Below are positions 11,906-24,000 of a DNA stretch of 64,000 nucleotides, in pieces. Position 1 is the first letter of the stretch, and each line of letters starts with the position of its first letter. The notes below the pieces were generated by a model. That model saw nothing but the letters and a program-made list of their open reading frames with translations. It did no database searches and had not been told where the DNA came from. The position numbers and the translations under genes were made by a program. The stretch spans positions 1 to 64,000 of the forward strand of contig JWZX01003313.1 in NCBI GenBank assembly GCA_001275005.1, read 5' to 3'. This DNA comes from Chrysochromulina tobinii. Lineage: Eukaryota.

Positions 11906-12131
11906 CGTCTCAGGAAGGCGTCGAGGAGACGGCGCCCGCACTCTCGCCCTTGGGGTGGCTTATTTGCGTGAACGGAGTGTTGCATTCACTATGAATGGGT
12001 CCTCGTCACAGAGGCTGTCTCGCGTCCTTTTCGTGGTGCATCGCGCGCGCATCCTGGTTTGCACGAAAAGCGATCACCGCTGGTCCGTTCGTCCCAGGAC
12101 ACCATTCCGAGCGCCGCCAGCGTAAAGGACC

Positions 12132-12731
12132 ATGAACCTCGCGCACCAGCTCTTCGGTGGCGCGATCGTGGCGCAGCTGCCCGACGGTTGGATGGACGCG
12201 AGCGATGCGCGCCCGGTGCCCGATAACCAAGAGGTGTGGCTGGAGCCTGATGGTGCCGAGCGTTCCGTCGTCATCGAGATACTGGAGCGCGCCGAGTGCG
12301 CCGACGCACAGAGCGGTGAGGTCCACTTCCATGAGCTGGCTAACGGCAATGATGCGCTGGCAGACTCTGTGCTCTACAGTGCGCAGCTGCCAGCCGATGC
12401 GCTGCAGCCGACGCTGCAGGCGACTCCTGCCTATGTTGTTCACGGCATTCAGCATTTGCCTCGCGACGGGCGCAATGGCGGCCGGCTGCTTCCTGCTGGA
12501 ACGTCGGCCGCACTGCATGTGAGTTTAGTCGTCCTGCGACTCGCGACTCAAAAGACAGACATCCTCGTCAGCATCAACCGGCAGCTGGCCGCTGCGGTCT
12601 CCATGCCCGCCCCATCAGCGCCGCAGTCGGCGACGGGAGTGAATGAGGAGGAGACGCGTGCGGACGCGGAGTTGCTCGAAATGGTCATTGGGAGCCTCGA
12701 TGTCAAGGATTGGGGGCTCTTTGGCGAGTAG
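12132..12731 (+). CDS. MOG1: Ran guanine nucleotide release factor (Mog1/PsbP fold)
   Basis: LFGGAI...LP..W.DASD.RPVPDNQEVW; RL....TDILVSIN; C-terminal DWGLFG. Confidence 0.88.
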   Translation: MNLAHQLFGGAIVAQLPDGWMDASDARPVPDNQEVWLEPDGAERSVVIEILERAECADAQSGEVHFHELANGNDALADSVLYSAQLPADALQPTLQATPAYVVHGIQHLPRDGRNGGRLLPAGTSAALHVSLVVLRLATQKTDILVSINRQLAAAVSMPAPSAPQSATGVNEEETRADAELLEMVIGSLDVKDWGLFGE

Positions 12732-13278
12732 CAGCTCATCCCACTCGCCACTGGCTTACGACCACTCGGGCACACACACCGTCTGCGTTACATGTACCGG
12801 AGCGACGCGCGCGCTGCAGGGGGTCGCGTTGTCCTCGCCATCATGAGAGAGCGAGCAGGTCGGCATCCAAAGGCAAAGCGTACCAGGGAGGATCGTTTGG
12901 AGGGTCTGTACACAGGACGCATCATCAGTCAGTCAGTCAGTCAGTTTCGTCGCGGTCCCGCGCTCACCACACCCACCATCGTCCACCATCGTGTCTTTCA
13001 AGGGACGGCTCCGGCTCGCCCTGCTCCGCTCGCGCGACGATCGTGCAACACGCGACATCCGTCACATCTTGCACTCACATCTGTACAGAGCTACAGACAC
13101 TCCCGCATTGAGTAGCCCGTCTGAGAACGAGTACTCAGTACTTGTGTTGACGAGGGGAGCGGAGCCGTCCCGACTGTGAAGACATGACTGTGAAGAAACT
13201 CAGCTCGCAAACTTGGGGATTCTTTCATATCAAATCGGAGATCCAGATCGCAACATCGGGACCGTCCGAGTGGCGCCG

Positions 13279-14292
13279 ATGTCGCGACTACATGTAGTGC
13301 TCCTTTCGTCGGCTCTTGCATTAGCAGCGTCCGCGCGGCTGGCCATCTCGCCCATGGCCGCACCTGGACGCTGCGAGGAGGACCGCTCTGGCCTTCCGAG
13401 CTGGCTCCTTCAGGGAAGGCGAACGCTGACACAGCCGCCAGTTCGGCGGCTGCGCGGCGGCGCCGTCGAGCCGTCTCCCAGCGTGCCTTCCTTCAAGTCG
13501 TGGTTGGCCAAGAAGAGCGAAGGCATCAAGGAGGCTGCCGCTGCCCCGAAGAAGGACCCGGACCGGGAGAAGGCCGTGGCGCTCATGAAGCAGCGTGGCC
13601 TGGACAAGTGCGAGAAGGCGGTGGGTCTGCTGCGTAGTGCACTCAAAAAAGAGCCAGGGAACATCGAGACTGCGATGGAGCTCGCCGACGCCCTGAACGC
13701 GGTGATGCGCATCAAGACCAATGCTAACGCACTGGTCATCGATGGCTCCCTCGACACGCCGGCAAACAAGCGCGTCTGGAAGTCGCTGGGCGATGAGGCG
13801 CTGCCGCTGGCGAAGAAGGCGTACGAGGCCCGGCCGGGCGATGTCAAGGCGCTCGCGGTCTACGCGGACAGCTTCATGTTCAGCTGCTCGGCGAAGGGGA
13901 TCGTCAAGCAAGCGCTCTCGGGCACTGCCAAGGAGTACAAGCGCGTGGCCAACGAGCTGCGCAAGTACCCAAAGTGGGACGGCGCGGTGGGGCTCGTCTT
14001 CCTGGGTGGCCTGTACAATGTCGCGCCCTGGCCCGTCGGCAACAAGCAGCTTGCCAAGAAGCTCCTCGGCGAGGCCGCTTCGATCGCACCAACGCGCCGC
14101 AACCTGTACTATGTCGGTGTGAATGCCTTCCAGTTGGGCGAGTTCCAGAAGGCGGCCAAATACTTCGAAAAGGCGCTAAAGGCGCCGTGCGGCTCGGCGA
14201 CCGAGATGGACTTTGGTGGCTTCCTGCTCGCTGAGAGCAAAACTGGCCTCGCGCGCGCCAAGCAGGCGCTTCAGAATGAAGGCAAGAAGTAG
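13279..14292 (+). CDS. TPR-like helical-repeat protein with signal peptide and RLRGG presequence motif
   Basis: Hydrophobic N-terminus; LGGLYNVAPWPVGN and NLYYVGVNAFQLGEFQKAAKYFEKAL TPR-like helices. Confidence 0.7.
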   Translation: MSRLHVVLLSSALALAASARLAISPMAAPGRCEEDRSGLPSWLLQGRRTLTQPPVRRLRGGAVEPSPSVPSFKSWLAKKSEGIKEAAAAPKKDPDREKAVALMKQRGLDKCEKAVGLLRSALKKEPGNIETAMELADALNAVMRIKTNANALVIDGSLDTPANKRVWKSLGDEALPLAKKAYEARPGDVKALAVYADSFMFSCSAKGIVKQALSGTAKEYKRVANELRKYPKWDGAVGLVFLGGLYNVAPWPVGNKQLAKKLLGEAASIAPTRRNLYYVGVNAFQLGEFQKAAKYFEKALKAPCGSATEMDFGGFLLAESKTGLARAKQALQNEGKK

Positions 14293-14723
14293 ACAGCACG
14301 TGAGAGGGAGAGGGAGTTGCCGGTTAGAAGTTCTGTGCAACCATGATGGCGGACCCGATGACACGCATTGTCGATGGAGTCCTTCCTGCTGGTCCTGTTT
14401 CACTCTCTGTGCTTGCATGGTCCCTGGTTTTGTGTCGCGATGCGCTTCACGAGATCTCGCCGCGGCGACTCGTGCATCCGTCCCCGAAAACGAGGTCGTG
14501 GAGGTCGGATCACGGCGCCTTCCACGCACCTTGACAGAGATAGTGAAAGCCACCACGAGCGTGATCGTTAAAAGCCGGATTCACGATGTCTTTCCGACCG
14601 CGTGCAGTTCTGTGTGAAACGGCTGTGTGGGAGGAAGTCCGCATTCATGCGCATTCCCTTTTCATACATGCAGAGTTGGACGCCACCCCTGAACGTCGGC
14701 TCTCATCGTGCTCGGCCGACATA

Positions 14724-15980
14724 ATGCCATTCGATCCGCAGTTTGCCAAGTATGTGGCCGCGGCGACCGTGCTGATGACGCTTCAGCCCATCATAACGTC
14801 GGCCAGCAAGGTCGAGGGTCGCTACGAGTACCTGCAAGTGAGCGTGACGCTGCTCGCCGAGCTCTCGAAGATGGCACTCTCTCTCGTAATGTATCTGCGG
14901 CTGCCACCTTCAGTGCGCACGCACCAGCGCATAACGTGTGGCCATCTGATGCAATTTGCGACGCCGGCGGCCATCTACTTTGTCAACAACAACCTCGTCT
15001 TTGTGATCCTCGCCTACGTGAACTCGACAACCTTCCAAATCCTCTCGTCGCTCAAGACGGTCTTCACGGGGCTCCTCTTCCGCGTCATGCTCAAACGGCC
15101 ACTGACCGACGTGCAATCTCTCGCGATTGTGCTGCTTGCGTGCGGCACAGCCATCTCACAGCTCAGCGGCGGCGTATGCGATGCCACGGCCCGCACTGAT
15201 TCCACCGCTGTTGGCCTGGCCTGCGCTGTACTCACCTGCTTGCTCTCAGCCTTGGGTGGCGTGCACTCCGAGCGTTTGATGAAGGACGGCGAGCACGCGA
15301 CGCACTCGATCCACCTACAGAACATGCTGCTCTACCTGTGGGGGATCGGGTTCAACTCTCTGACGCTCCTCGGCGCAGACGGCGCACGGGTGCTCTCCGG
15401 AGAGCTGCTGCGAGGGTACACGCCAGTCGTGTGGGCCCTGGTTGCCAACAACGCGCTCAACGGTCTCGCCATCTCAGCCGTGCTCAAGTACACGGACAAC
15501 ATCGTGCGCGTCTTTGCGCATGCAGCGGCGATGCTCCTGACCCTGGGTCTTGAGAACGTGCTGCTAGGCGCGGAGTTCACGCCGCAGCTGCTTCTCTCGG
15601 CAATGGTGGTGGCCTGTGCGGTGTATCTCTACAACCGCCAAGAGGGAACCCCGACCATTTCGGAGCAGCAGCCGCCGCAGCCACCTCAGCAGGGTCAGGA
15701 GGGGCATCAAACCCCTCAGGCACAGCAGACGTCGCAGCCGACGATAAGTGATGCTGATGAGGCGAGGCACGGCATTCGGCGCTTCTGGCCCCTGAGATAC
15801 GAAGGAGGGAAGGGCGTTGCAGCCGACGAAGAGCGCCAGCCGTTGATGCCAGTGAATTCTCAAGGCTATGTCGATCAGGCGTTTAGGGGCAACGTCACCA
15901 ACGAGTTTGGTGACGGGCCACGACTGACGAGGCATCCGGACGGTGGCTACCGATTGAATTATGCGCGTCGAACAGAGTGA
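14724..15980 (+). CDS. Nucleotide-sugar transporter (SLC35A, CMP-sialic acid/UDP-Gal family)
   Basis: AELSKM, PAAIYFVNNNL, TFQILSSLK...TGL, NGLAISAVLKYTDNIVR; about 10 TM segments. Confidence 0.9.
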   Translation: MPFDPQFAKYVAAATVLMTLQPIITSASKVEGRYEYLQVSVTLLAELSKMALSLVMYLRLPPSVRTHQRITCGHLMQFATPAAIYFVNNNLVFVILAYVNSTTFQILSSLKTVFTGLLFRVMLKRPLTDVQSLAIVLLACGTAISQLSGGVCDATARTDSTAVGLACAVLTCLLSALGGVHSERLMKDGEHATHSIHLQNMLLYLWGIGFNSLTLLGADGARVLSGELLRGYTPVVWALVANNALNGLAISAVLKYTDNIVRVFAHAAAMLLTLGLENVLLGAEFTPQLLLSAMVVACAVYLYNRQEGTPTISEQQPPQPPQQGQEGHQTPQAQQTSQPTISDADEARHGIRRFWPLRYEGGKGVAADEERQPLMPVNSQGYVDQAFRGNVTNEFGDGPRLTRHPDGGYRLNYARRTE

Positions 15981-16384
15981 CGTGAGGTCGTGCGGTGTTA
16001 CTATCTTGGTGGTTCTATACGCACTATCCAAAATCTTGGTTTTATCTTGGTTACTAAGCACTACGCACGAGCCATTCTACTCTATTATGTACTTATTTGG
16101 TATCCATGCGGTACTCATCGCAGGTGCCGAATAGCACACATGCAGTTGTGTAATCCAATCATACGTTGTAGTATCAATCTGGGTAGCCCACGAGCCAACC
16201 GGGCGTTCCCGGTTGGCTCCGCCTGCGGCGTGTGCATTCGCCTGCGCGTGCTGCGCCCGGTTCGAGCGTATTCGCAGGTTGCAGGCCCAACACGAAGCGT
16301 ATCACCACCCCTTGCACTGTACATTCGCGAAAGCACACTCAGGGCGAAAGCACACTGTCCGAAAAGCCGCGCCATTCGTCCCCC

Positions 16385-16696
16385 TCAAGCAGTTTCCACA
16401 TCTTCAAGCATCATGTCAACGATCCTTGCAATGTCTTTCTCCCGATCCTTGAGTTCGCCCTTGATGTTCAGGCTCTCCAGTGCCTTCTGCGCCATCTTGA
16501 TGAGCTCCGGATTCGTTGGGATATTCCCATAATGGCTGGTGCAGAAGTCCATCGTGCTCGCCACCAGCTCGCCAAGCTGTGCGTCTGTCAATTCTTGCAC
16601 AGTCTTCGGCATTTCCTCATGAGTATTCTTATACGCAGTGGCGCCGGCAGCTACCGCGCGTGTCGTGTCCATCTGTGTGCTCTGCTCCGCGCCCAT
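16385..16696 (-). CDS. Small hypothetical protein with N-myristoylation-like start
   Basis: MGAEQS fits MGxxxS; helical, globular-looking composition. Confidence 0.5.
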   Translation of the reverse strand: MGAEQSTQMDTTRAVAAGATAYKNTHEEMPKTVQELTDAQLGELVASTMDFCTSHYGNIPTNPELIKMAQKALESLNIKGELKDREKDIARIVDMMLEDVETA

Positions 16697-16988
16697 TGCG
16701 AGGGGGAACACACGTTGAGTTCACGGCCGCTTAACTGGGGTAAAGCGGCAGTCCGAAGTTCCGAAAATCAATTGCCGAAACTCGGAGTGAAACGGCTGTA
16801 AAATGGACCGCGGAGATTTTGAGTTCACATCGTTCTAACGTTCACGGACACACGTCTGCACACCTTCCCCGGTACCCGCGCATCTCGATCATCGTGAACG
16901 CCTCAAGCAAGAATGTTCGCTCGGCTCCCGCTCCCCGGCGCGGCGGGAATCGCGAGTTAAAATCGCGGGTCGGCCTCCGCGATGATCC

Positions 16989-17762
16989 CTAGCCCTCCGC
17001 GGATGGCCCCACGAGGCCCTTAACGAGTCCCCACGCCACCGCCATCTCCGCGACCCGTGCCCCATTCGCACCGCAGTTTTGCAGGGCCACTTGACGGCGT
17101 GGCGATTCGAGTCTCGCTCTCGGGACTCGAAAGCATGTTGACGTCCGCGCAGACTCGCATGCCGGGGGCTCCTTGCTTGACATCTCCTCGCTAGTTGGGC
17201 CAGTGGGCGGCATGTATCGTAGAGCGGGAGCATCCCACGAGAGAGCTCTTGGATCGAACAGCTGGAAGCGTGGCATGTTCGGCCCGCGCGAGCACGTACC
17301 GGGCGTCTCCGAGGGCGGGCGCGTACATGTACTGGCACGCGCCGGTGAGGTGACCGGTGAACTGGCGTCGAAAGTGGCGACGCGAGCATCAGCGCGAGCG
17401 CGGTGCCCATCGTAGATCATGCCTCGTGGAGATGACAGGTACTCGCTCTGCCGAATGGCATACGAGCTCGGTGTGGGCCGTAAGCTCGGAGCGAGTGGGC
17501 CCGTCGAGGACGCGCACCACTGCACATAGTGGCGCGTGCGCGGATGGTTGTGAGCAAACTTGCGTGTGCCCGCATAGTCGATCGACTCTCCCCGAACGCC
17601 GCACACCCTTGGCGCATTGGCATCGACGTGCAGAGAGAAGTCAGCAACACGACTAGGAGTGCGCAGCTGGACTTGAAGATGTTGAGAGGATGCCCTCAGA
17701 GTTGGCTCCTGCGAAATCATCACGCGCTGCGCTTTCGAGTTTCGTGATAAGCTTGGCCGCAA
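16989..17762 (-). CDS. Possible hypothetical protein
   Basis: 257-aa ORF in an otherwise unexplained gap; no recognised motif. Confidence 0.25.
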   Translation of the reverse strand: MRPSLSRNSKAQRVMISQEPTLRASSQHLQVQLRTPSRVADFSLHVDANAPRVCGVRGESIDYAGTRKFAHNHPRTRHYVQWCASSTGPLAPSLRPTPSSYAIRQSEYLSSPRGMIYDGHRARADARVATFDASSPVTSPARASTCTRPPSETPGTCSRGPNMPRFQLFDPRALSWDAPALRYMPPTGPTSEEMSSKEPPACESARTSTCFRVPRARLESPRRQVALQNCGANGARVAEMAVAWGLVKGLVGPSAEG

Positions 17763-18068
17763 CGAGGCAGCGCTGCTGATTGCAATCCGACGCCGGCGGT
17801 ACCGTCACCGCGCTGCGACGTCATTGTACATGTAACACTGAGATCTGAGTCGTAAAATGGTGGATCAGAAAAAAACGCCGCGTCAAACTTGGAAAGAAAG
17901 CATGCAAAGTCGAAGGAATTGAGACAGTTAATTACCCCGATCCGACAGCTACAGCACGAGCAAGCTGTGCGTTCACCGGCGTCAAAGACGCGGACCAACG
18001 GCCCCCCCCTGGCGTGTGTGAAAGTGGTGCGTGGGCAGCACGGCGCCGTGACGGGCGCGCGCGCGCGC

Positions 18069-21000
18069 TCAGCCCATGACTTTTGCAGCTTCTGCAGCCC
18101 CACATAAAAGCACCGACGGCGCCGTGACGGGCGCGGGCTCAGCCCACGACCATTGCAGCTTCTGCAGCCCCAAATAGAAGCTCTGCGAATCGGCACGCAT
18201 CTCGCCACCGGTGCGCCTGAGCTCGCAGCGGCACACCGGGCAGGTGCGCCTGAGGCGCAGCTCGAGGTCCTTCTCCGCACGTAGACGGTTCTGTGCGTCC
18301 CACCAACGGCCAAGACACGGCGCGCACAGAACGTGAGCATGCTCTGCACAGCCTGTCAAATCGAGCGCATCGGTCTTGACGCCGTGGCACAAGAGGAGCT
18401 GACGCTTGCAGCCCCAGATCATGCAGCGCTCGGTACGGCGCGGTGCGGAGCCCCCCTCTTCGCCCTCGCCCCCCTCGTCGTCCGAGGAGCTCATCCACTG
18501 AGCGCTCGCCGCCGCCGCTGATGACCGCCGATGACCGCTGATGGCCGCCGCGAAGCGCGAAACCGCCGCCTGATGCTCGCCCACCAAAGCCGCCGCGGCC
18601 GCTAGCTGACCCCCCAGCGCCGCCGCCACCCCGACCGACTGTGAGGATTGAGCGACGCATGTTGGGCAGAGCCATTCGCCCTCCGGGATAGCGAGCAGCG
18701 GCGGCGTGAGGCAGCTCGTGTGGTACCCCTTATCACAGCCGTCGCACAGCAGGAGCAGGTGCTCATCATGCGTGCCGGCGCAGACCTGACACGATTCGTC
18801 GGGGGGCACGTCGGTGGGCGCGCCCGGGCAGAACACTTGATCCACCGGCTTGGCCCACATCTCATGCTGCCACTTGCAGCTTCGCCCTTTGTGGCACTTA
18901 CCTTGCTGGTAGCGATGGCACAGGCTGGCCGGCAAGTTGGCGAGCTCCAGGTCTGTCGGCGGTGGTGGCCGATCGGGCTTCGGATGCCTCGAGGGAGGAT
19001 GCCAAACCCTCTGGGCCGCAACGCCCTCCGCCGCCTCGATAGTGCCGCGCGCCTCAGCGGCGGAGGCCGAAAGCGCGCGTGCGAGCATGACCCGTTCCTC
19101 GTCGCGGTTCTTAGGCGCGCGGATGACCTTGAGCTTCTTACTGGGCGGCGCGCTCGATGCGGCCGGGGGGCGGAAGCGCAAGCAGAGGCCGCGCTGGCCC
19201 TGGAGCCGAATATGGAAGGTGTCGAATGGGACCTCGAGCATCGAGCACCGAGCCTCGCGCTCGTCGCTTGTCGACGTGCTGTGCTCCTTTGAGTGTGTAA
19301 GGACTGCGGAGGAGAGCCATCGCGGTACTCGGGAGGGGGGCGGCGCTGGTGCGGGTGGGAGCGGCGGAACCTGCGCACTTGCCCATCCGGGCATTCCCCC
19401 AGCCCCACAGTGGGGCAGCAGCGGCGGTGGTGCGGGGCGCGGCCTAAGCTTCGGAAGGTGCGGCGGCGGCTCGCTGAACGCCTCAGGCGGCACCGCTTCC
19501 CACTTGTGCTTGCATTGATAGCATGCATACTTGACCAACGGCCGCCGGCCTATGCCGATAATGTGCGCCTGCCCCCGCGACGTCGCGCCGTATTGGGCCC
19601 ATAAGTTCGAGCCCAATACGGCGCTCGATGGGCCAGCGACCCGCAGCCCGAGCACTGGCGTCGTATCGAGCACTGGCGGTCCACCTGCACTGGCCACCAG
19701 CGCGATGGGCCTCGACCCGCCGGCATTGCTCGCGGCGGCGGCACTGGTCGCGGACAGGTTGGCGGGCAGGTGCGACGAGGCCAAGGTGCATGCGGGCAGG
19801 TGCGACGAGGCCGAGGTGCATGCGCTTGCAACGGCTGGCGCCGCTTCCGCAGCGTCCACTGCATCCCCGTATTGCTCTGCCACCGCCTGGATGGCAGGGT
19901 CGTGGAAGCTGGGAAAGTCTCCTATGGTGCACTTCAGATGGTTCTCGTGACAAAGATCGCACGCATTGCGCAGGCGCGGCGTGTAACGACCGCCATCCGC
20001 CGACTCTGCCACACCGTTGGCGTCCACCTCCACCTGGCTGCCATACGCCGCGTCTGCAGCAAGGCCTTCGGTGGTGGCGAGTTGAGCATCGACCACCTCC
20101 GCCATCGCCTCCATTACCGCCTCTGCCGGCACTTCCGGTGAAGGCCCTTCCCGGACCCTTGCTTGCTTCGCCGCCGCCTCGGCCGCTCCCCCATCGGCCG
20201 CCCAAGCACAAGCGGGGCAGCTGGGTACCTGCCGCTGCTGCCACGCACGCATGGCGATCGCATGCGTCTTCTTCACCCGCGTCTGCTGCGCCTCGTAGCG
20301 CGCCAAGATTGGGTTGTAAGCCACCATCAGAGCCGCGTGGTGCGCCTGGAGTTGATGAAACGCATGGATGGCTGTGACGCGCTTGCCCCGAGCGACCTCA
20401 GCGTGCTTCCTTAAGGCCTCATGCACTGCGGTGAGGCGCTTGTACGATGCGGTCAGTGTGCCGTGCTCTTGTGCGCTCAACCCCGTGACGCCCACATCGA
20501 GGCCAACCGTTGCACTGGTGACGTCGTTGCCGTACGCATGCAGGGCTGCCTTGTACAACACCACGGCCGCTTCATGTTGGTTCCGAAACCTGTCGTACTC
20601 TCTGACTGCAGCGTCGGCAATGGCATGAGTCGCGATACGCGCGGTCGTAGCTGCGGTCAGGGCGGCATCCAGCGGATCGATGGCGACGGCGGCAGGATCG
20701 GTAGTGGCAGCGGCGGTGCCAGCTTCGATTCTCGCCTGTTTGGCAGCGTCGCCATCACACGGACGGCACTCAGCCATCTCAATGTCTTCCACAGCTGCTG
20801 CCTGAGTAGCCACGTCAGCCTCTGCCATGGCTTCCACGGCCATGTCTTCCATAGCCACATCTTCCACAGCCATGTCTTCCACAGCCACAGCCACAGCCAC
20901 GTCTGCCTCCGCCGCATCCTTCTCCTCGGCCACATCCGCCTCTGCCGCCGCCGACGACTCAGCCGCTGCCGTGGCCGCCGCCTTGGTCGCCGCCCGTGCA

Positions 21001-24000
21001 GCCTCTGCCGATGCCGCCTCCGCCAATGCCGCCCTCGCTGCCTCAGCCTCCACCAATGCCGCCCTCGCTGCCTCAGCCTCCGCCAATGCCGCCCTCGCTG
21101 CCTCAGCCTCCGCCAATGCCGCCTTCGCTGCCTCAGCCTCCACCAATGCCGCCTTCGCCGGCTCAGCCTCCACCAATGCCGCCTTCGCTAGCTCAGCCTC
21201 CTCGCGCATGTGCCGCAGCTTCTCGCTGAGCCTCGATCGCCAACCGAGGGCGGCACTAGGACCATCCACAGACGAGCGCGGCAGCGGCGGCCCGCTGATC
21301 ACTGACGACGGCTGCTCAACACGCCTGCCATCCGCAACGGAGGCGGAGAGGGTGGACGCGGAGGGGGTGGACGCGGAGGGGACTGACGCGGAGGGGGTGG
21401 ACGCGGAGGGGGAAGCGTGGTACTCGAGCAAAAGTGGTCCATCACGATCAGTCTGCTGAAGACGCGAGCTGCGGAGCGCGGGACCTGCCACCACACCACA
21501 AGCGGCGAGGCAATCCCTGCACACCACGACTCGGCTTGTCGGCTTTGGCTGAGCGTCGCCGTCGCACTGCACGTGGAAGAAATGTCCGCAAGTCGAGCAT
21601 TCCCATGGCGTCACACCTCGAATGGTCTTGCCACAGCACTGAAGACGGCCTCGAGCCGAAGACGAGCCGAAGGCCTCGAGATCAGCTCCACGCAGGGCTC
21701 TCTGCCGCTTTGTGAGAGGCACTGCCTCGGGCGGGGCCGATGCCTTTGCCTTGAGTGCACCTCTTGACCCTTGAGTCAAGGCCATCGCAATCACCGACTC
21801 CTCTTGCTTCAGCCTCTCGTCAGCCACCCCAAGCCACTCATCGTGATGCTTCGACCAACCAATGTAATGGATCTTGAGCAAGCGCTCGTGACCCTCACCA
21901 TCCAGGGCCGTCACGCGGACGGGAAACCACTCACCACGCCACTCCACCTGGAGCGTATCGCCCACGGCAACTCCAATGAGCCCCTCGTCCGCATCGTCAG
22001 CCTCCTCCTCGCCGTCCTCCTCCTCTGCGTCTTCTTCGTCCTCCTCACCTTCCTCGCCCTTGCTTGCCGCTTCGACCTCGGCGGCCTCCACCTCGGCCGC
22101 CATTGCCTTCAGTACCGCTACGGAGGGGCGTAGCGCCTCCCACGAAATCGCCATCGCCTCCTCGTCCTCAGCCCTCGGTTGCGTCCTCGCTTTCCCGCCA
22201 CACCAGCGGACAAGGATTGACCGGTGTGGCCGGGAAAGGCTGACGAAGTTCAACTCGCGTCTCACAAGCTGCTGCACAATCTTTGGAATGGCCGCCTCAA
22301 TCTTAACGGTCCGCGCCGCGCTGGCAGCCTCCTTGGCCTCTGCCTTAGCCTGACGTGCCGCCGCCATCGCTTCCCGTTTCTGCCGCTTTGCGATCTCCTC
22401 CTCCGAGGATTCGTGTGCGTCCTGCCGAGCCCAGCACCATTCGCACCACTCGCGCGCTGAGATGGCATGCTTGGCCACCGCGGTGGCCGCAAGTTGCGCC
22501 GTTGGATCTGGAGCAGCGAGATTCGAAAGGGCAGTCGTCAGCACTCTTCAAGCAGCAGCGAGAGTTGTATGGGCAGCCGGCAGCGCTCGTGAAGCATCGA
22601 GAGTTCAAGGCCAGGCGCCGGCGGCGCTCGTGCGCAAGTGGCGCAGCCAGCAGAAAGCGAGGAGGGTCAGTTAGAGTCAGTGGATCACGTACAGTAGCCC
22701 AGAAACCTGGACTCGCCGTGCCATACACCGTGCGTTGCCGTGTCCCACCCCGACGGGGGCCCCTCGACACCTCGCGCATGGAAGATTGAGCGCCCCCCTT
22801 GCGCATGGCTTTCGGAGCTCTCGTCGCGAGCGCCGTGTCGGGCGGCGCTCTGCATGAAGTAGACACCCTTGTAGCCTGTGGCAGAGTTCCTGCTTCGGAC
22901 CAGCTTGACACCATCAACGGTCTCTTCCAGATCAGCAGCATCGTGTGGCATAGGCGCTGTGACGTCGCCACCGCTTCGGAACTGGAAGTCGAGCACAATT
23001 GGCGTCGCCACCGCCTGCGCTCCCGATAGAGTGGCCTCCCTTGCAGCTGGAAGTCGAGCACAATTGGCCTCTCTTGCCCAGAGGGTGGACAAGCTAGGAC
23101 TGGAGACATGTGTTTGCACCATGGCAGAAAATGGAGACTGGAGACTGGAGACTGAAGAGGCCGAGGCTCTATCTTGCAAAGCCGCCGCCATTGCTGCTGC
23201 AACCACCGAGCTGTTCTCCTTACGAACATCGGCTGACCGTGCCACATTCGTCGCCGCCGACGGCGCAGGTTGACTACGACTTAGATCCGCAACCACGAGC
23301 TCTGTCAGGTCACACCGACCACTCTGCCTCGTCACAGCCGCCTCCGCCGCCACCAAAGCCGCTCCAATGTGCATCGCATTGGGTAAGGATGAAATAGGGC
23401 GGCCTTCGGCTACCTCCTCCAGCTGGCAGCCTTGGCACTTCCAGTCGACAGTCGGGCGAGAGCCGTTCAGGGAGGCGTGACTTGGGCGTCCTCTCTTTCC
23501 CCGGCCACAATTGATGCAACTCACTTGCCACACTTGGGCGTCGATGTTCACCACCCTTGCTGGCTCAACGCCGCAGTGCACGGCCCCGTCGTCGCCCTTG
23601 AGATCGAGCTCACCTTTGGAGCTCACGTGCTGCACCTTGCACCGCACGCCGTCCAGCTGCACATAGCTTCCTGCGGCAGGGGTGGCTGGCAGGTCGACAA
23701 GGCTCCGAACCGCTTTCGCTCCGAACTCATCCCCGGACAGGAATGGGTTCGGCACAAAGTTCAGCAGAGGCGCGTAACAGTTGACGTCGCGCGTCTTGTC
23801 ATCCTCCGGGACATTCGCCTGATACTGGCCGTGACTCATGCTGACGCCCCTCGAGGTCGAACCCGTCTCATAGCTCGACAACGGCACCTGCTCCGACCCG
23901 TCGGATGCCGCGATCGCCCTGACCTCGTCGTGATGAGGAGCATGCGCATACGAGCGGTCCTCCACACTTTTGTCAATGGCGACCGCCTCATCATCTTTGT

